Below are positions 32,685-50,007 of a stretch of DNA of 64,000 nucleotides, one piece after another; position 1 is the stretch's first letter, and the number at the start of each line of letters is the position of its first letter. Made by a program: the position numbers and the translations under genes. Origin of the DNA: Chrysomallon squamiferum (taxonomy: Eukaryota > Animalia > Mollusca). The notes beneath the pieces were generated by a model, which made no database searches, had not been told where the DNA came from, and saw nothing but the letters and a program-made list of their open reading frames with translations. Where the stretch lies: NCBI GenBank assembly GCA_012295275.1, contig CM022669.1:14508001-14572000 (forward strand). Reading direction: 5' to 3'.

Positions 32685-32939
32685 TTATTATTATTCTTTA
32701 TTTCTTTCTTTTGTTTGTTTCTTTTATTATTTTAAATTATTATTTTTTTCTTTTTTCTTTCATGAGGTTTTTTTTTCATTTTTTTTCTGCACCGTTCTTA
32801 TTTTTATTTGTGGAGAAATTTGTTTCTAATCCTAACCTTGTTTATTTATTTATTTATCATCTTCTTTATTCTTATAGTAGTAGTACTAGCAGCAGCAGTA
32901 GTAGTAGTAGCAGCAGTTGTAGTACTAGTACTTGGAGTA

Positions 32940-33263
32940 CAGGTACCGGCCCAATTATTCGGCGTCCTCGAATCCGGAAAGACCAGAAAACCGGAAACCT
33001 TTTTCTCGACGCTATTTTCATAGTTCGCGCGCGCGGGTGTTGTCCTCACCAGGCCGGAACTACTCTTTCAAGCCTCGTGGCGTTCATTCACTCGCCGCAC
33101 TGTTTACGTTTCGAGTCGCCACAGTAGTGATCTTCAATTTTCTTTATGTTTTTAATTTTAAAATGTTTATGCCTAATTATTTACGTATTTAGATGCCTTG
33201 GAAAATCCAGGAATCCGGAATGCCTCAGGCCCCAAGGAGTCCGGATAATTGGTCCGATACCTG
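32940..33263. mobile_element. 324-bp non-autonomous Tc1-mariner/Tigger-type MITE
   Basis: TIRs CAGGTACCGGCCCAATTATTCGG and CCGGATAATTGGTCCGATACCTG match at 20/23. TA on both sides (32938-39, 33264-65), sub-terminal AATCCGGAA motifs, inserted in a (TAG)n tract. Confidence 0.88.
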
Positions 33264-33658
33264 TAGTAGTAGTTATTAATAATAATATTATGGATAGGTG
33301 GATTATAGATTAACAAATTTGATTTTATGTTATGTTGGTTGATATAACTATTGCTCTGATTACGTTTCTTTCTTTGCACACCACATAACAAATAAAACGG
33401 GGGAAAAATAAGAAAAAAGATAAGAGCTCATATTGTCTACATGTATGCGAGTTATTGATACATTAAAAAACATTAAACATGTACATGTATATGTAGGCTA
33501 TGTCAAATTATATGTCATTATCACACACACACACACCCCTTTTCAATATGTTTTTCTTTCTCTCTCCCTTATTCACACACAAAGACTGAGAGACATATAT
33601 ATATATATATATCTATTTTATTTATTTTAAAGATAATCAGAACAGAGAGTTTCCCGCC

Positions 33659-34016
33659 ATGGTTATTATACAGATCACGTGTTTCTTACTTCTGCTTCAA
33701 GACGTCTGTTCTAGAAACTTCCTCGCCAAAGTTATTCCGGAAATGAACGACATGATTCCGACAACCAGCGATATAAAAGTCAGCTCTTCGGAAGAGTGCG
33801 CGATCTTCTGCGCCGATGACGTCACGTGCGCTTCTTTTTCGTACAGCGACAAAGAGAAGAAATGTTTTCTATCCTCTTTCGAGTTTAAGTCAGACTTCAA
33901 GGAATTTATCAAACAGGAAACTGGACAACAGTATAAACACTTCGTTCTTAACGAATGTACGGGCATTTTGTATTTAATTTGGCATTATCGCTTTGTTCAG
34001 TTTCGCAGAACGCATG

Positions 34017-34064
<48 letters not shown>

Positions 34065-34391
34065 CAACACGCACTGACAAAAATAAACATAAACACACCA
34101 ACACACACATTCCTACTCAAAAATTAACTTTAAATCTTTGTTGAGTTTTTCACTTATAATACATACATAATTTATATATCCATCAATATATATATATATA
34201 TATATACATACATATATACATAAATATACACATACGTAATGCATACATACATACATACATTTAGTCATTCAGTAATCCATCCATACGTAAGCACATGCAT
34301 ATATGACCCATCCATCCATCCATCCATCCATTCATACATGAATGCATATGCTAATATACATTAATGCACGTACATTACTGCACCAGTAACA

Positions 34392-34427
<36 letters not shown>

Positions 34428-34454
34428 CATTATTATTATTATTATCATTATCAG

Positions 34455-34525
<71 letters not shown>

Positions 34526-34754
34526 GACAGATGATGGAAAGGACCCTGTCTTACCTGGTTACAGAATTCACAAATCTGCCTCGCTGACGGTGAGGTACTT
34601 CTTCATTCGACACTACGCGAGTTTACAGGCGCAAGCAATTTGTTTGATCCGCGGCGGAGCGATGGCAGTTCTGAACACAAAGGAGAAATGGAACGTTGTC
34701 ATTGACGACATCAAAGCAAATAAATGTAGGTGATTTTAAACCTCTTTTTATTGC

Positions 34755-34795
<41 letters not shown>

Positions 34796-34858
34796 TTTAT
34801 TATTTATTATTTTATATACTAGGTGACTAGTAGTTTTTATTAATGTTATTACACTTTA

Positions 34859-34911
<53 letters not shown>

Positions 34912-35306
34912 GGCGTATATAAGTAAATAAATAAATAAATATATATATATATAATATTAATTGATTGAAACTGATGTAGTTCCCACCAATAAGTATTTAT
35001 GTATGCATGTATTTTATTTGCATGTGTGTGAGTGTGTGTACATTTTTTTTCTTCTTCATCTTCTTAGTGCTGAAGAATGAAGAAAAAGGATTCTACATCG
35101 GAGCCATATATGACGAAGTCTCTGGTGTCTACTACTGGACAAACAAACGCGAAATAGCGGATGAACTTGTCGAGAAAACTGAACGCAGTGGTCCTTGTGT
35201 CAAACTGACTGCAGTGGGCGAAACATTCAAAATTATGATTACAGACTGTTCCGAGGAATTGGCAATCATCTGTAACGTTGAGACACCATATACATTCGAC
35301 GTTTGA
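33659..35306 (+). CDS. Secreted PAN/Apple-domain plus C-type-lectin-like-domain protein, ~243 aa
   Basis: Exons 33659-33956, 34531-34725, 35068-35306 (phase-1 GT-AG). Kozak CCGCCATGG. Signal MVIIQITCFLLLLQDVCS. PAN pattern ECAIFCADDVTCASFSY...CFL. CTLD pattern AQAICLIRGGAMAVL...FYIGA...YYW...CVKL...DCSEELAIIC. Confidence 0.85.
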
Positions 35307-36684
35307 AAAAAATATTCCGTCCATAATAGCTTGTACCTCCATAGCTTAAAAGTTATAAAAGCAACAGCAGCAGTAACAGCACCAACAGCCGTGCTGAGGA
35401 ACTGGCAGTTTTCTGTAACTTTGTGGTACCAAGTTTAGTCGCCCCTTGAAAAATATCCCATAGTTGTACGTCCACAGCATAAAAGTTATAAAAGCAACAG
35501 CAGCAGCAATAACTACAACAACGACTGCTTCTACTACCACCATCATTACTACGAATATTATAACTATTTCCTGAAATAATAATAATAATAATAATAATAG
35601 AAGTAGCAGCAGCAGTATTATTAGTAGTAGTAGTAACAACAAAACGACAACAGAAACATCAATAATAATAATAATAATATTAATAATAATAATAACAATA
35701 ACAATAACAATAATAACAATACTATTACTACTACTATTATTTAATGTATTTTTATACGCTACAAACTGTAGCAAATACTCAGTATTCTTTATTACAACTA
35801 TTTGCTGAGATAATTTTAATTTATATTATTTATTTCAGTGGCACTTCTTCTTTTTGAAAAGCTGTAACGATTACTGTGAACAATTTTTTATTCAGACATT
35901 TTAATATTACAAGCTGCTATATATTACAGTGAATAATAACAAAGAACCTATGCACTCGAAATAAATCAATCCTGTACAACTGTGTGTTCTGTGGTTATTA
36001 AACGTGAGAAAGCACGTATTTATATGAAAGTTTATTTTTGTTTGCCACTGTATGCATCTTTGTCACACGGACTACTGTAACAAGAATTATTTCATACGCC
36101 TCGTATTTTATTTCGTTTTCCAACCAGTCAGATTTTTCTTTATAATTAATTTTGATTGTAACGAGAACACCTTGATCTTAATTTATACGGGCCATAATAA
36201 TGTCGTCCCGTTTTGTGCTGCTGATGCATGTATACGTTTCTGAAAAAAAAAAAAAAAAAAAGTTTATTTTTAAAGTTACCCTATTCATAATAAAGGTACA
36301 CTTTTCTGTTCAGCTATATAATTTTGTTACTGTTGTTGTGTTTTTTTTTACTCGTTTTTTTTGTTTGTTGTTGTTTTTTGGTTTTTAAAAAATAATATTT
36401 TGACCTACAGTAATGGTACCTATCCTATTTTGCAATAATATATATATATATATTTGTTTGATTTTTTGAAGAAAAAAAAATTTAATTGTAAAAGTTACAT
36501 AATCCATAATAATGGTTCCTCCACATATTCTTTTATCTTATATATGTTTAAAAAAAAAAAAAGTATGTTTTTATTTTTAAAAGTTATATTTAAAAGTTAC
36601 ATCGTTAACAAAGGTAACTCATTTGGATCTGCAATCTGAAAACAAATCTATACTTAAACGTTAGGCCATCCGAAATAATCATAA

Positions 36685-36751
<67 letters not shown>

Positions 36752-37229
36752 TGTGTATCTATCTATCTATCTATCTATCTAACTATAAATATACATTATC
36801 CGTAATAATGGCCCCCTCGAAATCTCAAAAACAAAAACAAATAAATAAATAAATAAAAAAATTTCCTCTTAAACTTAGTTCATCCTTAATAATGGTACCC
36901 CCGCCTTTATGAACAAAAAAAAAAAAAAAAAAAAAAGATAAAAGAAAAGAAAATAAACAAAAGAAAGTCGTTTGCGTATTTTGTTTGTTTAAAGCTGAAT
37001 TAAGAAGGATGACAGAAACGCTTTCCTCATATCTCGATAGTGTGACACTGATAAAAGAATGACTAAAACACGCACTGATCTAGTTCATGCAAAATATAGG
37101 TGATTGCGTTATCTGGCTTTTCTCACTGTCATCTTACATTCAGTCGACGATTTCGTGTCCGAGGTAAATGAGAACGTTGTTTGGTGAACTATTTCGTCTC
37201 GTTTAAAATCTTATTTTTAAGTTACAAAC

Positions 37230-40200
37230 ATGTGGACCTCTGTCATTACCGGCCTCGTTGTTCTGTTCGTGTGCGTTGTTGGTGAGTCTGTTTTAATTAC
37301 TTTTATGAGTAAATGGGGGATGATACAACTGATCAAATATTCAAACAGTTTGTCACTGTCATCGTTTTATAAATAGTTATGAAATAAAAGGGCGTTGGCT
37401 CAATATACGTTGCTTATAATTTTTAATTTTTTATTATTATTGTTGTTGTTATTGTTGTTGTTGTTGTTGTTGTTGTTGTTATTATTATCATTATTATTAT
37501 TATTTGTAATTATTAAAAAGGGAATTGTTACGGTTTTTTATATCGAAAATAAATTTCTTCCGATGACTTTACCCATACGTTTTAAATCTTAATTAAATTC
37601 AGATTCATAATTTTTATTTTTAAATTCGTGCCATAAAATGAATAAATTAATGAAAAAATATTTCTAAACATTTTAATAATAACTGTATTAGGTATTTTAA
37701 TTTTTTTATTTTATTTTATTTTTTTATTGACGAGAATTGTAAGACAATGTCGCTACTCTTTTCCAGATTCGTTAGGCTAAGATCTCTAATAAATTTTTGT
37801 ATCAAGTATTTTTCAAAATATTCTTCAAAAAGCAGCATAGTAGTGCAATTTAGGTTTCGGAATAAAAAAAATTTAAACTTTTTTTTTTTTTTTATTTTTT
37901 TGTAATAACAGTCGATTTAACAATTCAGTCGGAAATAAAATATGCATTTATCAAATTGTCATGGTCCGTTTAGATAAATACACGTCCCATCACACATTAT
38001 TAATTTATGGTACCCGTTCTAATACTGACGTCGTTATCTGCTCATAGTCTTGACATTTGGATATCGCCATTACAAATAAACTTTTATTAACAGTTGCACT
38101 TCATTCAAGAAATAATCCCGTTATCAGCGGGGCATTACTAATACCCACTCCCAAAACGAAACTCTTATCAAGGAAGTGAAACAGATAGGTTGACTGATTT
38201 AATGATTTAAACTATGAAATGTAAAGCAATACTGTGTCAACAAAAATACACTAACATATTCGGGATTATGAAATAAAATGTTGTTACTATGCATTGATTA
38301 TCTTAATTTACATTAGACAAGTATTTTAAAAGTAGTCTCATGGAACAGTCTATCAATCTAAGGCTTAAAAAACATTTCAATATTCATTTACATTTCGCAA
38401 ATTAATTTTCGTTCTGAAAGTTATTAAGATAAAAAATGGCGTCAACCCTTTTCTAAATATTTTAAACGTGTTTTATAATTATTTAAAGAATACTCAGTTT
38501 GCAGATGTTGCTACAGTATTTTAAATAAAAAAAAAAATAAAAAAAAAAAAAAAAAAAGAAAGAAAAAAAAAAATGCAGACAAATGATAAAAGAATTTCAT
38601 ATAAACAATATATATATATATATATATACCCATCTGGCTTAATATTTAAATTAGTTATCATGAAATGGCAACTGTTTTTATTAAGATACACATTTCTGCA
38701 AACACTTTTTTAACCTCAGCTAGTAATTTTAACCTCAGAATATTACCTTTACAGAGACAGCATCAACAAATACGCCATCAACTACAACTAACAATACTCT
38801 GCAATACTCGTCATCTCCGAAGAATGTTACCAATACAACCACAGCATCAATAAATTCTACACCATACAACAATATAGCAACGAATACGTCAATAAATACT
38901 TCAGCTGCAACTGCATCAACAACCACACGTTCATCTACCACGGTAATTACTCCTACAAAACGATCAGCTACTGCAGCGTCTAGTGTATCTGTATCCAATA
39001 AAGCTTCAGTTACAACTGTGATAACTACAACAGCTAATCTAACAACAAAAGCTACTTCAACAACAAACCAAATGACTTCGACTACAGTAAAACCTGAAAG
39101 TACAGTCAACCACACAAACAGTGTAACTCCCTCGTCTATTAAAACCCAAACAAGCACACATTCTCCAACCTCTGTGACGTCAAGGAAAGTAACAACCGAA
39201 AACAAAACTACCAGCTCAGGCGTGGTTACAACAAATACAAGTTTTATCACTTCTACTGCATCACCGAAGACAGTTGTTGCCTCTGCATCTACAAATGTCA
39301 CCGCAACGCCAACGACATCAACAATTAAAAACTACAACAGCAAACTGAATCAATCAACATTTTCTAGAGTGAATACAACAAATACAAGTTTTGTCACTTC
39401 TACTGCATCACCGAAGACAGTTGTTGCCTCTGCATCTATAAATGTCACCGCAACGCCAACGACATCAACAATTAATACCACAACAGCAACACTGAATCAA
39501 TCAACAACGTCTAGAGCGAATACCCAGTCACCAACAACCATGTCAAAAGAACAAACAAAAACTCAGCCAGGAAACACTAAAGGTATAACATCTTCTTATT
39601 ACGTAGCGAATATTGATATTGTTTAAAACACAGATTCGTTTCTACAATTAACCTATCGTCCAGGCCTTAACAAACTGATTCTGTTACTATAAGAACTGGG
39701 AAATTCACCTATAGTTTGCGACGGACGCGCCCGCTGACTTGTCAGAAAGCGTGCCCGTCGCAACGTGCTTCACAACAGCTTGCTCTGATTAGTTAATTTT
39801 TTTCCTATCCTATCCTATAGTTAACCAATCGAATCGGTATGATGTTCATGCATACATACTCACATCTGCAGAGGAGAATTTTATTTTTAGTATTTTTTAA
39901 AAAGAATTTATTGATCTATTTTTTGTTTTGTTTTTTTTTGTTTGTTTATTTATGTGTTTTATTGTATTTTATTTATTTATTTATTTATTTATTTTGTTAT
40001 TATTTATTATTATTATTATTATTTTTTTTCATATTTTCTAGTTAATTCTCAGTTATTATTGACATTATAATATTCATGATTATGGCAGCAACGAAAACAC
40101 AACATTATTTCTCGTCATTATTTTTCGTCACTCATACGATGTCTTTATTACTGCTACATTTCAGCGGCTACCACAACTTCAGAAAGCAAAAGGACGAATT

Positions 40201-40478
40201 CCACAGCTCTGATTATAGGCGTCAGCTCAGCCGCGGGCGTTTTGCTCATCGGTGCTGTCGTCGTTTTCGTTGTTTCACGAAGGAAATCGAGAAAGAAAAG
40301 TCACATGAGATACGTGGCCGACGACATCGACTTGGAGTCAACAGTCAGAGCCAACAGCGTTATCTTTATCGCAGAACAATTTGTAGCTGGAAATTATCTC
40401 CACGAAGCCACAGGTCAAAGTGGAAGAGCAGAAGACATTAAAAACAGCGATGAACAGTGCGTGATCCAGCACGAATAG
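37230..40478 (+). CDS. Thr/Ser-rich mucin-like type I transmembrane glycoprotein, ~397 aa
   Basis: Exons 37230-37281 (signal MWTSVITGLVVLFVCVV), 38755-39582 (Thr/Ser-rich with many N-x-S/T sequons) and 40165-40478 (TM ALIIGVSSAAGVLLIGAVVVFVV, basic RRKSRKK, short tail). Phase-1 GT-AG junctions. Probable non-coding exon ending at 37163. Confidence 0.85.
39227..39523 (+). repeat. 147-bp (49-codon) internal tandem duplication in the mucin exon
   Basis: TTNTSF(I/V)TSTASPKTVVASAS(T/I)NVTATPTTSTI occurs twice, starting at 39227 and 39374. Confidence 0.92.
39708..39819 (+). mobile_element. SINE/LINE-like 3' tail, copy 1, with GC-rich hairpin and (CCTAT)n end
   Basis: Shares CCTATAGTT and TGCTTCACAACAGCTTGCTCTGATTAG with 54644-54727, and CACAACAGCTTGCTCTGATTAG with 51601-51648. 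Ends in a T-run and CCTAT repeats. Confidence 0.65.
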
Positions 40479-41381
40479 TACATCGATGCGGATTGGTTGA
40501 ATGTGATAAAACTATCAGCCAATCACGTTACTTTTTAGAATTTAGTTTTGTTGGTAACGATTAGTCTGTTTTGTTTCGTGTTGCTCTAATGTATGCCTAC
40601 TTTTTATTCAAGAATTTATTACGTTTCATATTTTCATTCCTTTTGTTTTCAAAATATGTATCTTAAAAGTTACTGTATTGATGTTTCTTCATTGAAGCAA
40701 TAATTTATATGTAAGATAGCGGTGTGTTTTAAAAAGCTACATGATTATAAATGTATACAAAAATGCACGTTGGTTTAGTGTTTGTTATAAATAACGTTTG
40801 GCTTCGAGGCGTATCAAATTAACGAAATCATTTAATGTTCTTCCATATTTTTGAACCGAACGTAGTTTATGCCAAATGTTTATATAAATGAGTTATATTT
40901 GTAAATTGCTTCACATAAGAATATTTATCGAACTGTGCCCTGGATAATCTCTGTCGATTTATTTTATATGAACGACTACGTGATTTTTTTAATGACAATT
41001 TTTTCCTGTTCAAGAACAGTAACTCTCATAGACCTTGTAGAAAAATTAAGTCAACGATATCTTTGAACGTTTTCTAGACACAAAGCAAGTTTTATGTACA
41101 TTTATTTATTATTCAGTATATTTCTATTAAATCTTTATTTTATTTTATTAAAAGGATTTTTCTTAATAACATATTAGCATTTTTGTTCATTCTTCTTTAT
41201 TTTCCTTTTTCTTCTTCTTTCTTTTTTTTTTTTTTTATTTTCTTTTTTAAAGTAAATCGGTAACAATTTTTTTCCTTCGCTATACACAATTATTCATGTA
41301 GATATATAAAGCTGAGTTTTGGTGGTTTTGCGGTAAGCACAGAATTGTCTGTTACCATCTAAAACTGAGTAAAAATAACAT

Positions 41382-41451
<70 letters not shown>

Positions 41452-41499
41452 TGGTAGTAGTATGTGAGAGACGATATAGACTGAGCATGTATACCTCAT

Positions 41500-41623
<124 letters not shown>

Positions 41624-42844
41624 ATTCACAAGTGCACACACACAAACCTTTCACATAGCTTACACTTATATACGTATATATGCATTTTGGCCTTACATCC
41701 ATTTCATAATCAAAGTTTTTACAATAGTATTTTACTACCGGTAACATTAGAGAATATAATTCTGTGGATTTACTCAACAACGGTAGATAATTCAGGAAAA
41801 TATTTATAGTAGCTGATAAAAACGTTATTCGTGTTTGCGTTGGTCTAGATCCTGACGTTTTGAATTAAGAAAAGAATGATAAATGTTATTACTACGTCGG
41901 CAACTATCATTTAAATACACATAATGCGCTTGTTTGGCTTTATATATTTACATACGGAGAGGTTAGATTAAAAAAAGAGAAAAATAAACAAAGACAGGTG
42001 GATGGTAACCATAAACAGACTGAATTTCTGAAGTGAAATCGTTGAGTGTTTAAACATTTCAAATTATTTTGTAAACAAATAATTTTGTTTGTCTGTTACT
42101 TAAATATAATTTTGAAAGAAAAAAAAAAAAAAAGAATTTCGCAGCTGAATAATAAATACGACTGCCAAAAGAAACTAACTTCTAAAAGGAAAACACAAAA
42201 ATTCTGCAACGTTCGAAATGAAATGGCGGCATTGTAATAACGTAACAAAGTGATTACAAAGATGTTTTTAGATTCTCGGGGCAAAATTTCAGATCAAAAA
42301 TTCACGGACGAGTGATTTCCGGACCTTACAGCTTTTGAGATAAATAACCAGTTTCTCTGAATTATCTCTGACGAGACCAGAAGAAACGAAATCAGAGTTT
42401 CCAGATTTTTTTGTGATTTGTCGGAAACAGGTTGAATTCTGCTTGAGAATTGAAAGCTGATTTGTTGTTGTTGTTGTTGTTGTTATTATTATTATTATTA
42501 TTATTGTTACTATTAACATTATTAGATTTAAAAAATAAAAATAAAAGATAATAAATAGTAAATATTATGCGGACTTAACCAAAGTAAACAGTACTGATCA
42601 CAACAGAAGGAAAAGTCATTTAATGATAAATATTCGATGACGTTAGGCAAATATAGTCTAACAAAAAGAAAGGAAAAAAAGTAAAATAAATACAAGACAC
42701 CCGTGACAATTTCGATGTTTATTTCAGTGTGGAATGAACAGCTGGTAATAACGAACAGAAATATGCTAATATGCAGCTGAAGTATTTTGAATTATATTAC
42801 CTTTTCCAGACAGGTTACGAACTTGAAACACGTTTGTGAATAGC

Positions 42845-46466
<3,622 letters not shown>

Positions 46467-49400
46467 CAACCACAAAAATATAAAAACAGACTTATGAAAT
46501 ATCTTGAATTATGCATGGTTTGATCCATGAACATAAAAGAAAATCCTATAATTGAAAAGGATTGACTGAATACTAATGAGATATACAAGATTCGACAAGA
46601 TTCAGGGAATTTTATGATAATTTAAACCATAATGTCGAACTGTTTTAAATATATGACGAGAAGAAAATGTGTTATTTAATTCGCATTCTGCATATTTTAG
46701 ACAACCAGATATGTGATTTTAGTTTTAAATTGTTCTATTTCTTCCATTAAAATATGCAAACGCAACTGATATATGAGTAAAGCTGCTAGTTCTCGCTTGT
46801 TTTCGAGTTTGAATAAAGGTCATAGCTCTCTCATTACCGCTTGTATAGATAGTACGTCTAATAAATTAATATTTTAAAATAAAATAACCTTTTAAATATT
46901 AAATATGTTGCCGAACATACATTCTTGTAATGCAAGACAATTAGCTATCGACTACTGGAACATCCTTAAATACCTTCAAAATGAAGAAAAATGTCTTAAT
47001 CAACGATAAATCTGTTTCGTTCTTCAACATGTAGCTGAAATGGAGTTACTTGCCCCTACTCTAATGAAATAGATTTTAGGCAGAACTTTTTTAAATGGTG
47101 CATTATAAATAATAATTTTATGTATTTTGACTGTATAATCACACTTTGAAAAATATAAAAAAAAATCAAGTAAAAAAAATATAAACTGAAACCATAAAAA
47201 TGTTCTTATTTTATATCTTCGTGTTTTGAATACGCTGTCTTGTAAACTGATATATTTTAATTCTTTTGGGATATTTTGCTCAATTTATACTAAAGTGACT
47301 TTCGTTTCATTTTTTTTATTTTTATTTTATTATTATTATTATTATTATTATTACATCTTATTTTTCTTCTTCTTTTTTTTTTAATTAATTAATTAATTTA
47401 TTTTATTTTTTATTTTTTATGCATCATTCTGGAAAATTCCAGATTCACCAAAAAAAAAAAAAAAAAAACAACAACAACAAAAATTTCTGCAGAATATATC
47501 ACAGTGCGTGTTTCATCTTGAAGAAAGTTTGAGATGGCTTGTCTTCAATAATTCTTTTTTCCATTTCCTGTATTAGCTGTACAAAAAACACCACAATCAC
47601 GTGTTTATTTTTACTTTTATTTCGTGAACCAAAAATCTCGTTAGTCTTCTGTCTGGTTTCTTATTAAAATATTTATATCTAGTTTCCGAAACGAGATGAA
47701 AAAGAAAGCCATTTCTATCTTCTTGATTTTTTTTTTTTTTTTATTATTAATCAGTTTCTAAGTTTTGTTTATTGTCAGAGGCGATTTTCTTAAGACAGAA
47801 TTCTCTGCTGGTTATTCTAATAACATTTGAAAACATACTGAATTTTTTTTTTATATATATATTTTGATATTTACTTTTCGTTTTGGTTATGTTTTACATT
47901 TATTTATTCTTATTTATTTCTTTATTTTTTTTAAAACAGATTTCATTTTTTTTTTTTTTTTTTTTGTTAACAAAAGTTTTATAATTAGGGTAAAAACGTG
48001 ATAGTTATCGAAATAAATTTTTACTTTTTTAATTAAAAAAAAAGCCTGACATTTAAATCATTTTTGCAGAAGAATATTTCAGATTCCATGTAGGAAAATA
48101 AATGTCGCAAAAACTTATAAATTTTTTATGAAATTCCCACTATAAAAGTACAAACAATTTTCTACTCCCGTAACATGAAGTACATAAAAATCTATACCAA
48201 ACAAAAAAAAAATTGTATTCTACTGTGTATTGGTTGTGTAATACTTGGGTAATTCAGTAACAGACAGAAATATTTAAAATTAAAATACACCAACACAAAA
48301 GAACCAGGTAAAATATAAATAAAAACACGAGCATTTTCGTGAATCAGTATAAATATGTCATGGTAAAAATATTTTATTTCATGTTTCAAAAACATTTTTC
48401 CATCAGAAAACATTCAACCAAGCCTTTCAGTTGGTGTAGCATCTAATGTCAATACATAATTTTTTTCCACCAATTAAAACACAGTATTAACCTAAAGCAA
48501 TTTGTTTATGCCATGCATAATCAAATTAGATTATGATTTGAAGCAACTGTAAGCAAATCCTGTAAATCAATATATCACAATTCTTTTTTTCAGTATTTAA
48601 TCTGTTAAATAATTCGTTTTAACTGCATCTTTGCACACAGATGATGTTTACATAGAATACGACGACATAATAATGTCTACAGATTAAATTAGCTTCTTTT
48701 AACATTGGAATTTACTAAATCTAATAGCTCGAGATTGCTTAGATAATAAGATAAAAGCCAAGAATGTAAACTTAAAATTACGAAATAAATATTGGTTTGA
48801 ACAGTGTTCATTAATATTACTGTTCATTAATATTACTGACGTATATTTAAAATTATAATCGAGTTTCTGATTCGGTTTTGCTCAAGTATTTATTATTGGT
48901 TAATATGTTACGTAGTCCAATGTTGCCCATGACAAGCATACTATAAGGGTTTTTTCCGACAAAAGTGCATCTAAAATTATCATATAATTTATACCGATAA
49001 ATAAGAAATTTTCTGAAAAAAAAAAAGATGTATGTTTTTATACCACACACTCCCTTCAAAATAACTTTAGCAAATTAGTGATGCCAGACCTAAAACTTTC
49101 ATAAGATGATGTCTAAGTTAAATCTGTCATCAGACCTTCTGAATACTCGGGTTGCTGCAACATTCTTTTTAGCTGGATCAGCTACTGGGATATTTGTAAA
49201 GCAGCACCTAAATGTTTGTTAATCTTGGGCCAGAGGATTTAGGGCAACTCGAGATGGGCTTTTATTATTAACACTGTGGTACTGCTTCTGCTACTGATAC
49301 TGATACAACTACTTCTGTTAATAAGAACAAGAACAACGACAACAGCAACAGTAACAGCGTTAGTGGCAACAACAAAAATAATAAAGAAGAAGCAGTAGAA

Positions 49401-49477
49401 GAACTACTTCTGCAAAAAGAAAAGGAAAACTGCAGCAGGAAAAATAATGACAACAGCAGCAGCATCAGTAGCAGCAA

Positions 49478-49509
<32 letters not shown>

Positions 49510-49910
49510 ACAACAATAATAATAACAATAACACTAACAATAACAACAACAACAACAACAATAATAATAACAATGCCCTTAAAGCGCACACGCAACAAAA
49601 CAAACAAAGAATCATACTTAATAAATTATTAACGGTATTGCAAACACAAGTTATGACTTATCGTCCGGTAATCTAAACGATTATCTATAAAGGAAAATGT
49701 CAAGAGCTTTTTATTTGTCTTTGATGTTGTTAACAGGCTAACGGAACGTATTCTGCTTCCCACTGACTGTAAAATATTCTCTCTGTGATGTCTCCGTGTC
49801 GTAATGATCACAAATGTAAGAGATATAATTAGGTCTCGATTTGTGATGGCCTGATAGTAATGTCGCCAATTAAAGAAAGTTAAGCGAAATCTCTCTCTCT
49901 TTCTCTCTCG

Positions 49911-50007
<97 letters not shown>

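Noticed and set aside
38735-39301. 188-aa Val-rich minus-strand ORF
   Set aside because: Antisense shadow of the Thr-rich (ACN) mucin exon.
42004-42016. X-box upstream of the MTBD-like gene (GGTAACCATAAAC)
   Set aside because: Only one good half-site and wrong spacing; too weak to count as evidence of ciliary regulation.
42365-42398. Hammerhead-like CTGACGAG...CGAAA
   Set aside because: Stem II does not pair and there is no stem III with an NUH cleavage site. It forms only a simple CTCTGA/TCAGAG hairpin.
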